A stretch of 62,787 nt of DNA, counting the filler, from Choristocarpus tenellus KU-1152 (lineage: Eukaryota > Protista > Phaeophyceae), in the NCBI GenBank assembly GCA_964200185.2. It is 10 parts of 10 records of this genome, joined end to end, with 100 filler letters (N's around TTAATTAATTAA, not from the genome) between each part and the next. Parts side by side here need not be neighbours in the genome. Positions count along the whole stretch, not along the records: positions 41,408 to 51,035 come from CAXNAD020003520.1; positions 51,136 to 54,824 come from CAXNAD020018506.1; 8 more parts are not named here. One strand, written 5' to 3'. The notes below the pieces were generated by a model. That model was not told where the DNA came from, did not search any database, and saw only the letters and a list, made by a program, of their open reading frames with translations. Made by a program: the position numbers and the translations under genes. Position 1 is the first letter of the stretch, and each line of letters opens with the position of its first letter. Positions 41,862 to 54,924 of this stretch are shown here, one piece after another.

Positions 41862-44800
41862 TTCCTCCAGAATTTGACGAAGCTCAACCTCTCTGTAGGG
41901 CAAAAATGAGACAATTGGGCATCTTTGACCTGGTTTGACATGCCCAAAAGAGAGTGCATAACCCTCATCGAGTGATGATATCTGGAAAGAGGTACGCATG
42001 GATGTGTGCAAGGGTGGGTGTGTTGTGGGAGTACAAGGGGCGTCAAAGTCACTCTTGTCCTGCAGAAGATAGTACTTGACATCAGTCAAATGAATGAAAG
42101 AGTCTTAGAGGGTACGAGTTTTTCCCTGCTTGTCCATTTGGGGCTTGGCTTCCCACGGATATTTAATGACACTTTACCTACTCCAAAATTGTTTGAAATA
42201 GATAAAATGTATACGTTATAAAAAGGAGTGTTCGGAACAAGGATATTGACATCTCCTAACAAACATGACAGACAAAATTACATCAAAATGCAACATTGGA
42301 TTTTGGCCCCAAATGGACACGGCTCTACCCTCTAAGATACTTTGAATCAAATCCAATGTGCAGCAGGGGATCTGGTTGGTGTGGGTGTGGATGATGAATG
42401 GGTTAGTGCTTTTGGAGAAATCACAGTAGTAGCATGTAGTACAACAACCTACTGTACACACCATGCCTATCACGACGAAAGGAGAGTAGCGCTTGAAGGA
42501 CAGGTCGAGGAGTCTAGTTCTCACTCCTACCTCAAGTTCTTCAAGGTCTTCCAAGCAGATCTGGCACGTACAGCAACAATAGGACGCAAACATAAATGTG
42601 AAAAGGTTCAGCAACAAAATGAGGGATATTACCTTAGAACAGATCGTGATTTCTTCATTTTGCAATATTTAAGTTTCTCCGGAATGTCCCATGGCTGATA
42701 TGCAGTCTATCCACTTACCCCCCACCAAGATGAGTGTTTCGCAATGGGAGAAGGCGCCGTGGAAGGAGATTATATTAAAGAGAGGATAATGTTGTTAGCT
42801 CAACGATATTAATACTAGCATACACTGTATGTCGTTTGTTGGATGTATCAGGGAGATTTGATCAAATAACAGGCTACTCCCAAAGATAATTTCCTCAATA
42901 GTCAAGTTAGGTAAGGTCACAAGTGCCCCTCTAAGTGGCATAGTGGCAGCATGGGGATTTGCTGAAGGCTGAGGCATGAGCTGTTCAATGCTTGACTATT
43001 ATAGGTGGGTGTGCACATGAATTTCAGTACATCAATACTTTGTGAGGTGAAGCATGTGCCCCTCATTGATCACTGTAGAAGTGAGCGGAACAGGAGGGAT
43101 GAGGATACGGCTGACTACTATGTAGTACAGACAATTGAAGCCCATTCGATGTGCACTCTGGAGCACAAGTAGAATACAAGGAGCCAAGAGAACCAGTCAT
43201 TAACACTCTGTGTTTGTTGTCGCTCTTGTTCTTCCCTGTTACAAATGCAGTCACCCCCATTTTACAAGTTGCCCATATTTTTACATTTCGATCTCTAATG
43301 CTACTGTACAAATGCCCAAGAAGCCTTTTCCATCCAGCCCTTTGACACAACTTACGACCCTCCTTGGACAATCAATACAACTAGATTTAAGAAAAGGTCA
43401 ATGTACCGACTCTTGCTGCCCGGTGTCTGGTCTACGAGCAAAGAACACTTTTGCATTAATACGCGAGCATACACTCACATGCGCTGTTTGTTGTGCCTCT
43501 CCTAAATGCCCTAAGAGAGGAGACTATTAATAACGGCACTCAACATTCACCTGGGTAGCACAGGACCAAAATCCAAAACAAAGCACTAATGTGTATATGA
43601 TCACCAACACTTGAGTACAACAAAACCTTCACCTACCACTTCCTGCAAACATTTATGGTATCACAAATGTACCCCCCTGTTCTCACCACAGACATGTGGG
43701 TGGTAGACCCAGTGACCCTCCCCAGAGCCTCCTCAGCACCCTGAGGATCAACTTCCTCCTCTACTCCCAACACTAGTGCCAGCGTCAGTGCGAACACGCG
43801 TTGACTGTTGCCCAAGTCACCACATTTTATGTGCTCAAAGCACAAGCAGTTGGAGTCACTTGCAGATGCTACAGCAGCAACCTGGGAGAGGGGTAGATGG
43901 GGAGACAAGGTTTCAGGACAGAAGAAGCATTTCTGGGCAGCATGGTGGGTAGGTACTTGCCCGTTGACCAAATCCTTACAAGACAACGTTGCAGGATGAT
44001 AGAGTCAGGTAGGGGTTGGAATCTTCTTGGGAAGGTCGGAGAGAGGTGGAGAGGGAAGAGGGATGTGAACCGTCCTACCCTGTGAGTGATCAACCAATGT
44101 GGAAGGAAGATGACGTAAGAATGCTCTCCTCTGCCACAAATTGCTTTACCTTTTCCAGAGCTTCCTGGTCCTTCCCGGTTACGATTTCAACATGATGTGC
44201 AACAGGGATATGCTTTCTCCTTCGAGCAATTCAAAACGACATCCCCCCGAGGATAACCTACCAAATCCCACCTGTTAGTCAACACCAATATCCCCTCCCC
44301 CCCCTACCCCTCTCTTTTGATCAGGAAGGATGCTTCAACAGCACATATCATTATTACTCCACGCCCTCACTAGAAAATGACAAGGTATACTGCTTTGAAG
44401 CAGCTTGCGCTGAGGACTGAGGAGGACATGTTTCAAAGCACTTTCACAGCAGAAATAATCGGGGTAAGTGTGACCTTACAGCCGGGGTCCCTTTGAGCCC
44501 TCCAATATGATGAACTCTTTGTTTCAAAAGCCCAAAGAGGCAGGGGATAACGAACATCATGCAAAAAAATTGTGACTGGAGAGAACGTTTGTGAGTCTCA
44601 GAAATTTATTACACGAACTTCTGCCAAATAGCTTCCACTCCACACCACACACCTGAGCTGCCCGGAGAGTGACAGCCTTACCACAGCCACTGGGTCCAGA
44701 CAATATCAATGGTCCTTTCTTTGACATGATGACTGATCTTGAGCCATTGTTCTAGGTGGAGGTGGCACACATGGAAAACAATTGACATGTCACCAGAATG

Positions 44801-47800
44801 TTGTTGTGGATTTGATTCAGGGAGGGGGTCTTATTTCTGGGACAATAAATGAGGTTTTTCTCCACCTTCCACAACTTGGTGGAACAACTATTTGAGTCTT
44901 CACTTACCAATGACTTCCATTGGAAGTATACCCTTTTCAAGTATTCCTTGATCAAATCCGTCTCATTGCTTCGGCCAACAATGTGAGATGTTGACCACAA
45001 AGCTGGTAATGATCCTGATGTGATCCGAGGCTTGAGAATTTCATCTAAGCGCCTCAACACCCTTGTAGCAAGTACCAGCTTCCTAGTGCTTATTTTGCCA
45101 CACAATGACACAGGTACAGCATAGGAAGGGTAGAAGGGGGGAGAGGGATAGTGTTGGTGAACAGATTGATCTGGCATGCTGAAGCTCTTGAGGGCAAAAA
45201 AACGCAATCAAGATGAGGGTGGGTAAAATAGTTGCAACGGAGGGCTGGGGAGAGAATGAGGGGAGATATTTGAAAGAATTGGCTTCTAGTTAATTGCTTT
45301 CTGACAACTGAAACTCTTCCTTTCTTCCAATGTTTTTTTTTGTGACGAAAATGAGGCGAAGTTACCACACTGATCAATCATGTTGTGCAGTATGTGCAAA
45401 AGGCCTCATGGCAGAGGGGGCACATACAGAGACGGCAACTCTCTCCACTGTTTAAGTTTTCAGTCACTATCTGGGAATATATCTGCATTTGAAACGGTAA
45501 CACTACAAAAACAAAGTTCCCCAGACAGCATCCTTTCCCTCCAAGGCAAAAGTGATGAGTAGCACGCACTGTGAACTATGTAGAATACTCTCACAAGTCT
45601 AGGCAATCATCATGAATTTCCGCAGAGAGAGTGGAGAGTAGGCGGGTGGTGGAAGCATTGTACTAGTCCCTATATCTTTCATATGCTATACCCAGAGAAA
45701 ATCCAACCCAAAATATATACCTGTCCATCCCTGAAGGAGCTGAAGCACTCCCACTGCTTGCCCCCTCTGATCTTCGCTCATTGTGAGCACGGTTGAAAAT
45801 GTTACGGTCCCTTGGACCTCGCCGGTGTTTACTCCAAGTGGAAGACCTGTCTGTGGCAGCCCTCTTCTTAGTGCCAGTTGCTCTTCCAGCACTTCCACCT
45901 TTTTCTTGAGTCACGGATGGACCCACTTCCCCTGTGGAATATCCAGCCCCTGCTACTGAACTCGCCTCAGTTCCAGTTCTTACTCCAGGCTCCACTCTAG
46001 CACGACAGAAGACATCAGGGCTCTGGGGTACTTGCGGGTGAACCTCCATCTGGTGGAAAGTAGGGCTCGGACTATCTCTAGACGGATGCAATCCAGTATG
46101 TGGGGAAGGCATTGCGCCTTGACTGGTACTATTGGGTAAGCCAGGTGAGGTGCCCATGCTGGTTTTGGTCACATCAGCCACAGAGCCAACGCATTTTGAT
46201 GTTTGTGACAACTGTGTGGATATCAGGGTGGAGTTTACAGATGGTAGATTTGTTAGGATTAGGGTATATTATTTTGTGGCAAGGCAGCACGTATAGGGTT
46301 AGTATTGGGCAGGGCAAAGCAAACGTCGTGATACCCACTTAGTTGCTGCAATGCTTGTTCATGGAAAAGATAGTGATGATGATGAAGAGGCAGTGGAGGC
46401 AGACGTGATGACAGCAGTTGCTGTACTGCCAAGGCACAGGTTTTCTCAGGACACATGGAATCTGGGTACTTGGCGTTCAAGGGGGAGTCTTCTATAGGTC
46501 AAGAATTGCATCAAAAAGTCATTGTGGGTCGTTTTCATAGCCATTGTTGCTGCTGTAGCAAAAGCGCTCGCTCATTTGGGTCGCAGGATGTGTGGGAGGT
46601 CACCCTCACATTCAACGCACTATGTCCAAACCCCCCACCTGCCTTGTCCAGTTGTCGATGAGGGGATGCTTGCAAGCTCTGGGAGATGGGTGGACGAGTC
46701 AAGTGTGGAATACGAGGAGAATAGGAGTGGGAGGGGGTAGCAGTGGAGAGGCAGTGGAAGAAGTGGGAGAAGGAGGGGGGGAGACTACCTTGTTCCTTAC
46801 TGGCAGCGGCTGAAACAGTGGCTGCGGCATCGGCAGTCCACTCTGCTGCATGAAATCAATGACCTCGTCGCTTGTTGCGAAGAAGTCTCTGCCCTCTTGC
46901 TTGAATCCTGTTTGATCCTCCTCAGGCCTCCAGAAATAGTAATTTGCCAATCCCTGCAATGGGGAAAATCCAATGACCACAACAAAAGAGAGCTGTACTT
47001 GGTCGGTGTGGCACAGAAAGGAAAAACACAGACCACTTTGAGTGTGGAGGAGCACAGGAACACGTTTTGGGGTCAAGAGTAAAGGGAGAGGAGTGTCACA
47101 GTGGAGCATGATAGCCCCCTCAGCCGTTGGACAGGAGGGTAATACAGGTACCCGTTCATCATGAGTCACCTCAACTTCCTCCCCCCTCATTATCAAGACC
47201 AGCTTCTAACACCATTGCATGGTATATCAATACCTCAATGTCAATTAGGATGTCAAAACCATACATGCAACACATTAGACTCCAATTCTGGGCCATGTGT
47301 ACGGGTTCAAGCCAAGAATACACATTTTGCTGACTTAATTATCTTCATGCCATAATGAAGAGCACCATGACCTTTTTGATACTCTGACATGTATTGCGGC
47401 ACCAAAACTGACCCAAAGTATCTGGGGGGGGAGGGGGGGGGGGGGTTCTACACCAGGGTGTCCATTTTGGGTCATTATCAGGAAAAGTGCAGTACATTAT
47501 CTATATCCGACGTGTGCAACCAAATCACCCAAAAATCGCGACATGAAAAAACTGGCCCCAAATGGACAGCTGCCACCCTCTCCCAGATACTTCGAGCCAA
47601 GTGTGAACGACAAACAGTCAGTGAAAGCAATTGTATGCATTCCGAATCAGGGCAGCCTGTTTTACTCCATGAGTTGATGTGAATGAACACTATAGAGCAC
47701 CCTGCAGAATGTGGAAGTAGTATATATGAAGCACAAACCATTCTCCATACTGACTAAGACTTAGGATAAGGTTTAGCAATCGCCACATTTGCAAATAGAA

Positions 47801-49507
47801 GAGAAATTTCTCTCTCCTAGTTGTTCGCCTTCTTTGGGTAAGCCCCAATCATGTTATCTTGGATGATATCAAATTGAGTGGGCTGTGCCTTTCTCGCCTA
47901 CTAACCACAACATTACCTGCACCTACAACTAGTCATTGAGTTCATCCCTAGTGACTGCTCTGAGTCCCCTGCAAATTCAGATTGTTCTTCATAGCACAGT
48001 CTCTAGAATACTCAGCAGAGTACAACAACAGACACCACAAACAACAATAGCTCATTGAAATGGTGATACCACATACAGTGGAAGTGTGATACGCTACTGC
48101 CTCTAGTATTTTATTGTCGGCTGCAACATTCCGTATGCTAAATGATGTTAATAGAATCAGCAGTACAAGTGCTGGTAGCTAAGGAAAATAACTTAATGAG
48201 ACCAATAGATCTAAAAATTGAAATGCTGAGAGAGTGTGAGAACAAGTCATCTGCTCTTGGAATTATCCAACCTTCCTTATCCACCTACCACTCTGAGGAC
48301 CAAAATGCCGCTTCCAACAACAACACCTTTTCGTGCCCTCCCCTCCCAACCCTCTCCACACAACGAGGAACTTCCCTCACCCTTCCTCTTGTTGACTTCC
48401 ACCCGTTGCTTGACAGATATCTCCATAGATCCTCAAAACCTTTGAAGGATATGTTGTTCCCAAAAACGAGCCGCCAAGGCTGTGATCTTCTGGAGGTAGG
48501 GGCTGCAGCCTCTTGGTCCGGCAACAGACTAAGTTTCCATTTTGAGCCTTTGGCGACGGCATCGTCGGCAATGGCGATGGCTCGGTCGAGCCCGTGTTTG
48601 CGGACTGCACCAAGCTGATAAGGGTGGTGAAGGAACAGAAAATGTCACAAGAGAGAGACGAAAGAGTCGCAGAGTGAGGCAAGACAGTGCGGTGGTGGTA
48701 TCGACAGAAGGGGAAAGAAGGAAAAAAAATTAGTAGATACGATACAGGAGGTAAATGAGTGCGTCGCACACAATCAGTGTATGCACTCCAGGCAGATGAG
48801 GTGGTCGTGTGGAGAGGGAGTGATTTACCGATCCCATATCCACCAAATACTGCAGCCGATCCAACAGCCTGCGCAGAGAGGCAAGGCCTTTCCACATACC
48901 TTTAAGTCTATTATTCACGAATTACGAGCGATATTTAGCTCTAAATGCACCCACCAGGAGAGACAAAGAAAAACCTAACGTGACCTCCTATTTCAGATCA
49001 CTCACATTCACAACGGACACCTTCCAGGACAAAACCGTCAATCATACATTCATTCTCACCTGTTGCCGCCTCATATAATCGCGTACTTCAGCGTATGGCT
49101 GCATCGTGTCTGGAGTATCGGATATAATATCCCAGTTATCATCGATCAACCTGTAGAAGGCATAAGGTAAGGGGGCGTGGAGAAGACGTAGATATCTTCG
49201 TAAAATGTATTTCCGAGTTCCCAAATCCTCCATCGAGGATCAAATCGGCGACCAATGTTGTAGCAGCAGTGCAGAATCCTCACTCTGCTTCAACTCACCA
49301 GGCCAAAAGAGTCCCCCGTGGAGGTTGAGCAGCCTCGTCTGAAACGCAAACTGCTCTCCCGATCGGGATCAAATGACCGATCCCATCTTCGACCAAGCCC
49401 GCCTCCTGGGCTGCAGACCAACTACGAAAAACCATAGCTGGCCACCATACCCTGCCTTTCTCCTGGCTAGGCCTGACCCAAGTTACGGACCCATTTGTAT
49501 ACTCCAT
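41862..49507 (-). CDS. PWWP-like domain + GW/MBD-like module + Cdc6/Orc1-type AAA+ domain with degenerate Walker motifs (3' end not resolved)
   Basis: Phase-consistent GT-AG exons: 49507-49299, 49150-49060, 48868-48829, 48604-48381, 46953-46801, (possible exon ~46680), 46211-45721, 45088-44908, 44751-44653, 43881-43687, 42560-42462, 41981-41862. Motifs: VTWVR..VWWPAMV; LWRYLSSNGWKSTRGRGLANYYFWRP..GRDFFATSDEVIDF; IVGRSNETDLIKEYL; LILSGPSGCGKA; FEHIKCGDL; SVICLEDLE; FVVIGMISSLD; VSFLPYREVELRQIL. Confidence 0.8.
42092..42348 (+). mobile_element. MITE family A in an intron, TSD AAAT
   Basis: Flanked by aaat on both sides. Confidence 0.85.
47410..47598 (+). mobile_element. MITE family B in an intron
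   Basis: aact-GACCCAAAGTATCTGGG...CCCAGATACTTCGAGCC-aagt. Confidence 0.85.
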
Positions 49508-50584
49508 TATGCTGGGATTAGGGCGCAAAAGATAGGTTACGACCTCGATTTCGCAAATTTGGGATGTCGTTTGGTCAACGTGTTGTAGGTTTTGGGTTTC
49601 GTTTTTCTCGAGTTGTGTGTGAAGAGGACGTAATAACCACCACCCCGCAGGTGCGCGATGCGCGCTTTTCCCTTATCGCACGAAATACTTTATATTCCTT
49701 GTATTTGATTTGCTTGGGTATAGTCTGATGTATTGGTATGTAAAATAAAAAAATTATAGAGTTTGAACCTCTTTCATCGTAAAATTCTTTTACGTACGGA
49801 TGTGGTTTTGATTGTCCCCTTGGTCACTTTCAGGTGGCGTGTCCAGAAAAGTCATTGTTCCCAGAGACGCCTTCCTAATCGAACTACTGTTGAGGTACAA
49901 ACAGCCGATTTTAATATATATATATATATATATTATATACATATCGACACTTTATACCAGTCAATTTGGAGTCAAGCCCATCCTCAATGAAAAGCTCCAT
50001 CCTCAATTTTTGAAATCGGCTGTTTACAGGTGTGGCCCAGAAGTTCAAGATGTAGACTGTACCTATTTTTTATCCAGTTAGTATTTGTTGCTACACCACA
50101 CCCACAACAGTCCGTCTAGGGAACTCCAAGCCAGGTCGAGACTGGAAGTGAGCATTTGTGACTCCCTCTTGTCCACCTGTACATAGATGTCTAGAACCCT
50201 CTACTACAAATAAATGTCAAAAAATATTCCCAAATAATCCTGTCTTATAGTTCAAACTCTAGAAACGTAGACATACTACGAAGATATAAAAACGTGCCTT
50301 CTTTCTGGAATGGACCGTATCTTATACAATCTTATTGTATATATTTTGGGGGGCAGGATGAAACGTACTACACAAAACGCCCCCTAATCTAGTCTGTAGA
50401 GAACCTCTCAAGACAAACACACCCCACTTTCTCTACAAGAAGCATGCTCTCCAAATGCCCTCTAGAATTGTTACTCCAAACAAAGAACAAGTTAAATTAT
50501 GCTAGAACATGCACTCTGATCCCTGGTTCACTGAAATCTCCCCCATTAATTATAGCTGTGTCCAAGTCAATACAAATGACTTCA

Positions 50585-50920
50585 AGTCCAATGCCTTGGT
50601 GAACGCATCAACATGCTAGTAGTGCTCTCACTCTTCACCTAGATGTGGACCCCTGTGTACCTGGATTACATCACGAATGAAACGATTCTTGGCATCAATA
50701 TACCTTGTCCTCTTACTGCGGTGAAAGCATTGCTTTCCAGTTTGATCAGCCCTTCATTATCCTCCATTATAGAGATGAAGTAGTTCACCATAGTAAGCGT
50801 GATTAAGTGTTACACTTGGTGCAGAAACATAACCTCCTTCACAACTTCCACCAGGGCAATGTACTGAGTTGAAGTATACAAGAGGTACCAAGAGCTGGAT
50901 TTTATCAATGCTTACAGGTA
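50585..50920 (-). mobile_element. Ty1/Copia RNase H relic
   Basis: IMEDNEGLIKLESN..VRTRYIDAKNRFIRD..VDAFTKALD, with stops. Confidence 0.75.
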
Positions 50921-51671
50921 TGTGCAAAATTCGTACTACCTCTGAGCCCAGAACTGGGCACGTTGAGGGTCAGAACATCGGCATGGCAACCCCCCTGTTG
51001 ACCCCCCACATAGGAAGGGTGTCCAAGTGTAAGATNNNNNNNNNNNNNNNNNNNNNNNNNNNNNNNNNNNNNNNNNNNNTTAATTAATTAANNNNNNNNN
51101 NNNNNNNNNNNNNNNNNNNNNNNNNNNNNNNNNNNACATCGGTGCTCAACCTTTGGCCAAAAGGGAAATGGGGGGGGGGGGGGTTACAGGATGCTTGCAA
51201 GGTGAAAGATTGATATGCTGACTTGAGAGTGACTTTCCTTGGGTGCTAGGCTGTTTGGACCCATCTCTTCTCGGTTATCTCACCACAGAGGCGTGTCACT
51301 AACCTCTATCCTTAACCCTAGCGCATCGGTGCGGAAATACCTTCGACAAGGAAGTTGTGGCAATATTAGTGGATGGGATATTAACATGCGGGATATTATT
51401 GAAACATCAACAAACCTATGTCTCGAACACTGCAGCATCCCCAGCAATTCATGACTGCTTTCATTTCTGCATTACGAATGATCATACCACCCCGAGCCTT
51501 CCATAGTAACAAGATAAAGGTCGTACTCTCGCTTCCTCCGATTGGTTAACCTCTCTCACATCAGCAAATTTTGTTACTTTCATGTTGCTAAGCGCGTATC
51601 GTTGCTCTCCATCTCAACTAAAGCAAACAAACTAGATAGAACAATTGCTGTGTGGGACACTATGGAAACAT

Positions 51672-51710
<39 letters not shown>

Positions 51711-51836
51711 GATGCTGACTCCTACATTATAGTTTTGAGCATGAAGTCCTACATATATTCTCCATCTGTCTCTGTTGAAATAGTGTGGGCAGATTACAAA
51801 TGCAACATGCTAAATGCACGAAAGAACATGCCAACA

Positions 51837-53496
51837 CCTGTTAGTAAGCTCTCCAGTCCGGGTGATATCAAAAAACCCCAGTTCTTGTGCCATTAGATTA
51901 GAGAAGAGGCGTTTGCGCAATGTGCGCCCGACCCTCTGCCCCACAATGTCCAGCAGAGAGACACGTAAAAATCCAGCCACCGAGCCTGCTGCCGTTACAC
52001 CTAGCATCATCATTCCAGCCTACAATAGGGGAGCAAAGTAGTCATGGATCGCTGTGCGTTTCTGGGCATTAACCTGTGTTATACTTTTTGTGGAAATATT
52101 TTATGTATGTTTTTTTCTTTATGTTTGTGTGTATGTATCCGTTGATTATATGCACTCCAGAACATATAGGAGGGGCATAACTGGTAGGAGAAGGGCATTG
52201 ATGGTGTTGAATCCCCTCCTGTATAATCACTGAGATTGAATACTGTTAATAGCAAAGGATGCCAAACTAGACCACCGATTTGGTTTCATAGACAAGTCAC
52301 AGAGCAACCGCCATCTTTGAAAGTGGAGAGAGCAAATCCTTCTTCACCTGCTCCAGAGTCTCACTAGCCTCCCCTGTCCATGGAGTGCTCAGAGAATCAA
52401 TCACCATGCCAAAAATGGTGGGAACTGCCATGGTTGCACCAGAAGACACCAAGATGGAAGCAGCGGCAAATACGAGCTTGTTTCGTTCAGGCCAAAGGAG
52501 CCTGCCAAGGTCTCTGAGTGTTACCTTATGGTGGTGAGCACGGGGAGGAGGAGGGATGATATACGATGGACATTTGCATCTTACAAATCACACTTTGCTT
52601 CAAGCTTCATGGCGGTGCGTGAGAGTCGGGCCTTCTCTAGTCAAAGATAACTTTCCCTCTTGGGCACGAGGGTCTGAATTGTCTTGTGATTGTCTACAGT
52701 CATCGTTCAAAGTGGAACTGCAACTCGCAAGACTCTCATAGGAGAGGGGTTCAGTGGATCGAACACGGGAGCTATAGGTAAGACTATTTGCATCGCCGAC
52801 GATGCATCATGCTTGCACACCCAATTATGATTATCCGATTTCGTAGCTGGAACAGGTCACAAGTTTGACTTACTACCCTGGCTGTTTCTCTCATATAAAG
52901 TTTTTTTTGTCCTTATGGAATATGAATGTTCACAGGACACCGTTTCACTTATGCATCAAACAGAAGATTGTTGGCAACCTTCAAGGACTATTCCTCAACG
53001 AAAGTCTCTCACCGTAGTACGCTCTACTCCATCATGACGGGAGACATGCTGCTCCTCATGCTTCTCCGGCAATCTAAAACCTCTGACAGCGCCTAGTCTC
53101 CCAAATGGCAATCGCGCAGGACCACGGAATTTGTTCACATATTCACAGTGAACACCCCACCGCACTCGGGACCCCTTCGATTGGAAGGGAAGTAAGGAAG
53201 GTCGGTAAGGGGGGTTGGGTTGGTGTTACTTTTGCCAAAGGGTGACGATTGATTCAATTGTCCCCCCACGACTCACGTTGATTGATGTGTGGCATAAAGT
53301 AGGAATAGTTCACCACGATGGTTAATACCTGGGCTTTGAATGGTGGATTGCACAGCCAGGGTTGATCCTTGCAATGGCATCGAACTTGTGAAGTTAACGA
53401 GGGGAGGAATGAATATCCCCTTACACTGAATGCACATTTCCGACCTATATGACGATGACGAATTGCATTAAATAACTCCTGATGTCCCTTTTGCAT
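51837..53496 (-). CDS. ABCB-family half transporter (ABCB10/MDL1-like), 5' exons
   Basis: LWPERNKLVFAAASILVSSGATMAVPTIFGMVID (~52349-52525) and GFLRVSLLDIVGQRVGRTLRKRLFSNLMAQELGFFDITRTGELTNR (~51837-52019). The R-rich upstream exons resemble an organellar presequence; the start is tentative. Confidence 0.8.
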
Positions 53497-54099
53497 GGTC
53501 CTGTTCCAGGGATGCCTATGGACCTCTATTTTCCCACCAATCTATGTCATCCATGATGGGAATAGATTATGATAGTAGCGATGTGAAAATATCTTGGTGT
53601 TGCACCAGCTCTATCTCGGTTCAGATGAAAAATCACAGGGCGGATACTCTCTTGAAAAATAGAAAAATAGAACACATAGAAAAATAGAAAATAGAAAGTG
53701 TCTTTCTATTACTTTTCCAGGAGTTGTTCTGACATTTGAATGGTTTTTCATTTTTTTCATGCTCTACGAAATGTCCTAAAGCATAATATGTAATGTGAGT
53801 TTTGGAAGAATTCTGGGAGGGATGACGTACCGGGAGTTAAGTTCTGGGTGGCTAGGAGGCAGAAGAGGTAGGAATGGAAGGAACAAAACAAAAAAAGGTA
53901 AACTTGAGGTTGGGGGGACAGCACAACAAGCAGGACTAGAACAAGGCAACCTCCGAGCAATCTTTCCCACCCACCCTTCCGATTGTTCACGAACAATTGG
54001 GATGCTGGGAAGAGGGGGGGAAGGTCAAGTTTGGGTGGTGAGGTAAATGTCTTCAGTTCAAAGTCACGGCATTGAAGTGGATGATGAAGGGATGTTCTT

Positions 54100-54630
54100 G
54101 GATGATTGTGGAGTGGTGTTGAGTGGTGTTGAGTGGTGTTGAGTGGTGTGGTGTAATGACAAGTGGTGTGGGGTTGAGTGGGGTTGAATGGTGGGTTGGA
54201 GTGGAAAGTGGTGAAAAGTGGTGTGGAGAAAGGTGGATTGATTCCAGGAATTTGGTCGCATTGTTGGTTGGTGATTGGGTTTTGATGCCGAAGATTGGTC
54301 GCACTGGTTGTTCATCGGATATGGTTGGTGACTGGAAATCAGTGGCAAGGGGGGGACGGATTGGTTGGTCATCGGATATGGTTGGTGACTGGAAATCAGT
54401 GGCGAAGGTGGATTGCACTGGTTTGTGGTTTGGTGACTGGAAATCAGTGGCGAAGAAGGTTGGTTACACTGGTTGGTCATTGGATGTGGTTGGTGCCGCA
54501 AATCAGGGGTGAGGGTTGGTTGCACTGGTTGGTCGCTGGATAGCCTGGTGGTTGGAAATCAGTTGTGAAGATTGGTCACATTGGGGATTGACTGGAAATC
54601 AGTGATGATGGAGGTGGTCGTACTGGTTTG
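54100..54630 (+). repeat. GT-rich degenerate minisatellite (GAGTGGTGTT; GGTGACTGGAAATCAGTGGC units)
   Basis: Recurrent 10-bp and ~40-55-bp units. Confidence 0.85.
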
Positions 54631-54924
54631 TCAATAGTGGGGGGGGAGGAGTAGAATGGGTGGAATGCTAACAGAAGAATAATGAAAGATAATCCAGAAT
54701 TTGTGAGTGAAACAAAATGAAATAATATAGGAATATCGACTACATAAATACATTTACTACTTGTGTGGAAAGCATGTTTGTCTGTTATTATACCGTTATT
54801 GCCGTATGCCATATACCGTTATACNNNNNNNNNNNNNNNNNNNNNNNNNNNNNNNNNNNNNNNNNNNNTTAATTAATTAANNNNNNNNNNNNNNNNNNNN
54901 NNNNNNNNNNNNNNNNNNNNNNNN

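Noticed and set aside
54053-54543. Overlapping repetitive ORFs on both strands
   Set aside because: Products of a stop-poor minisatellite
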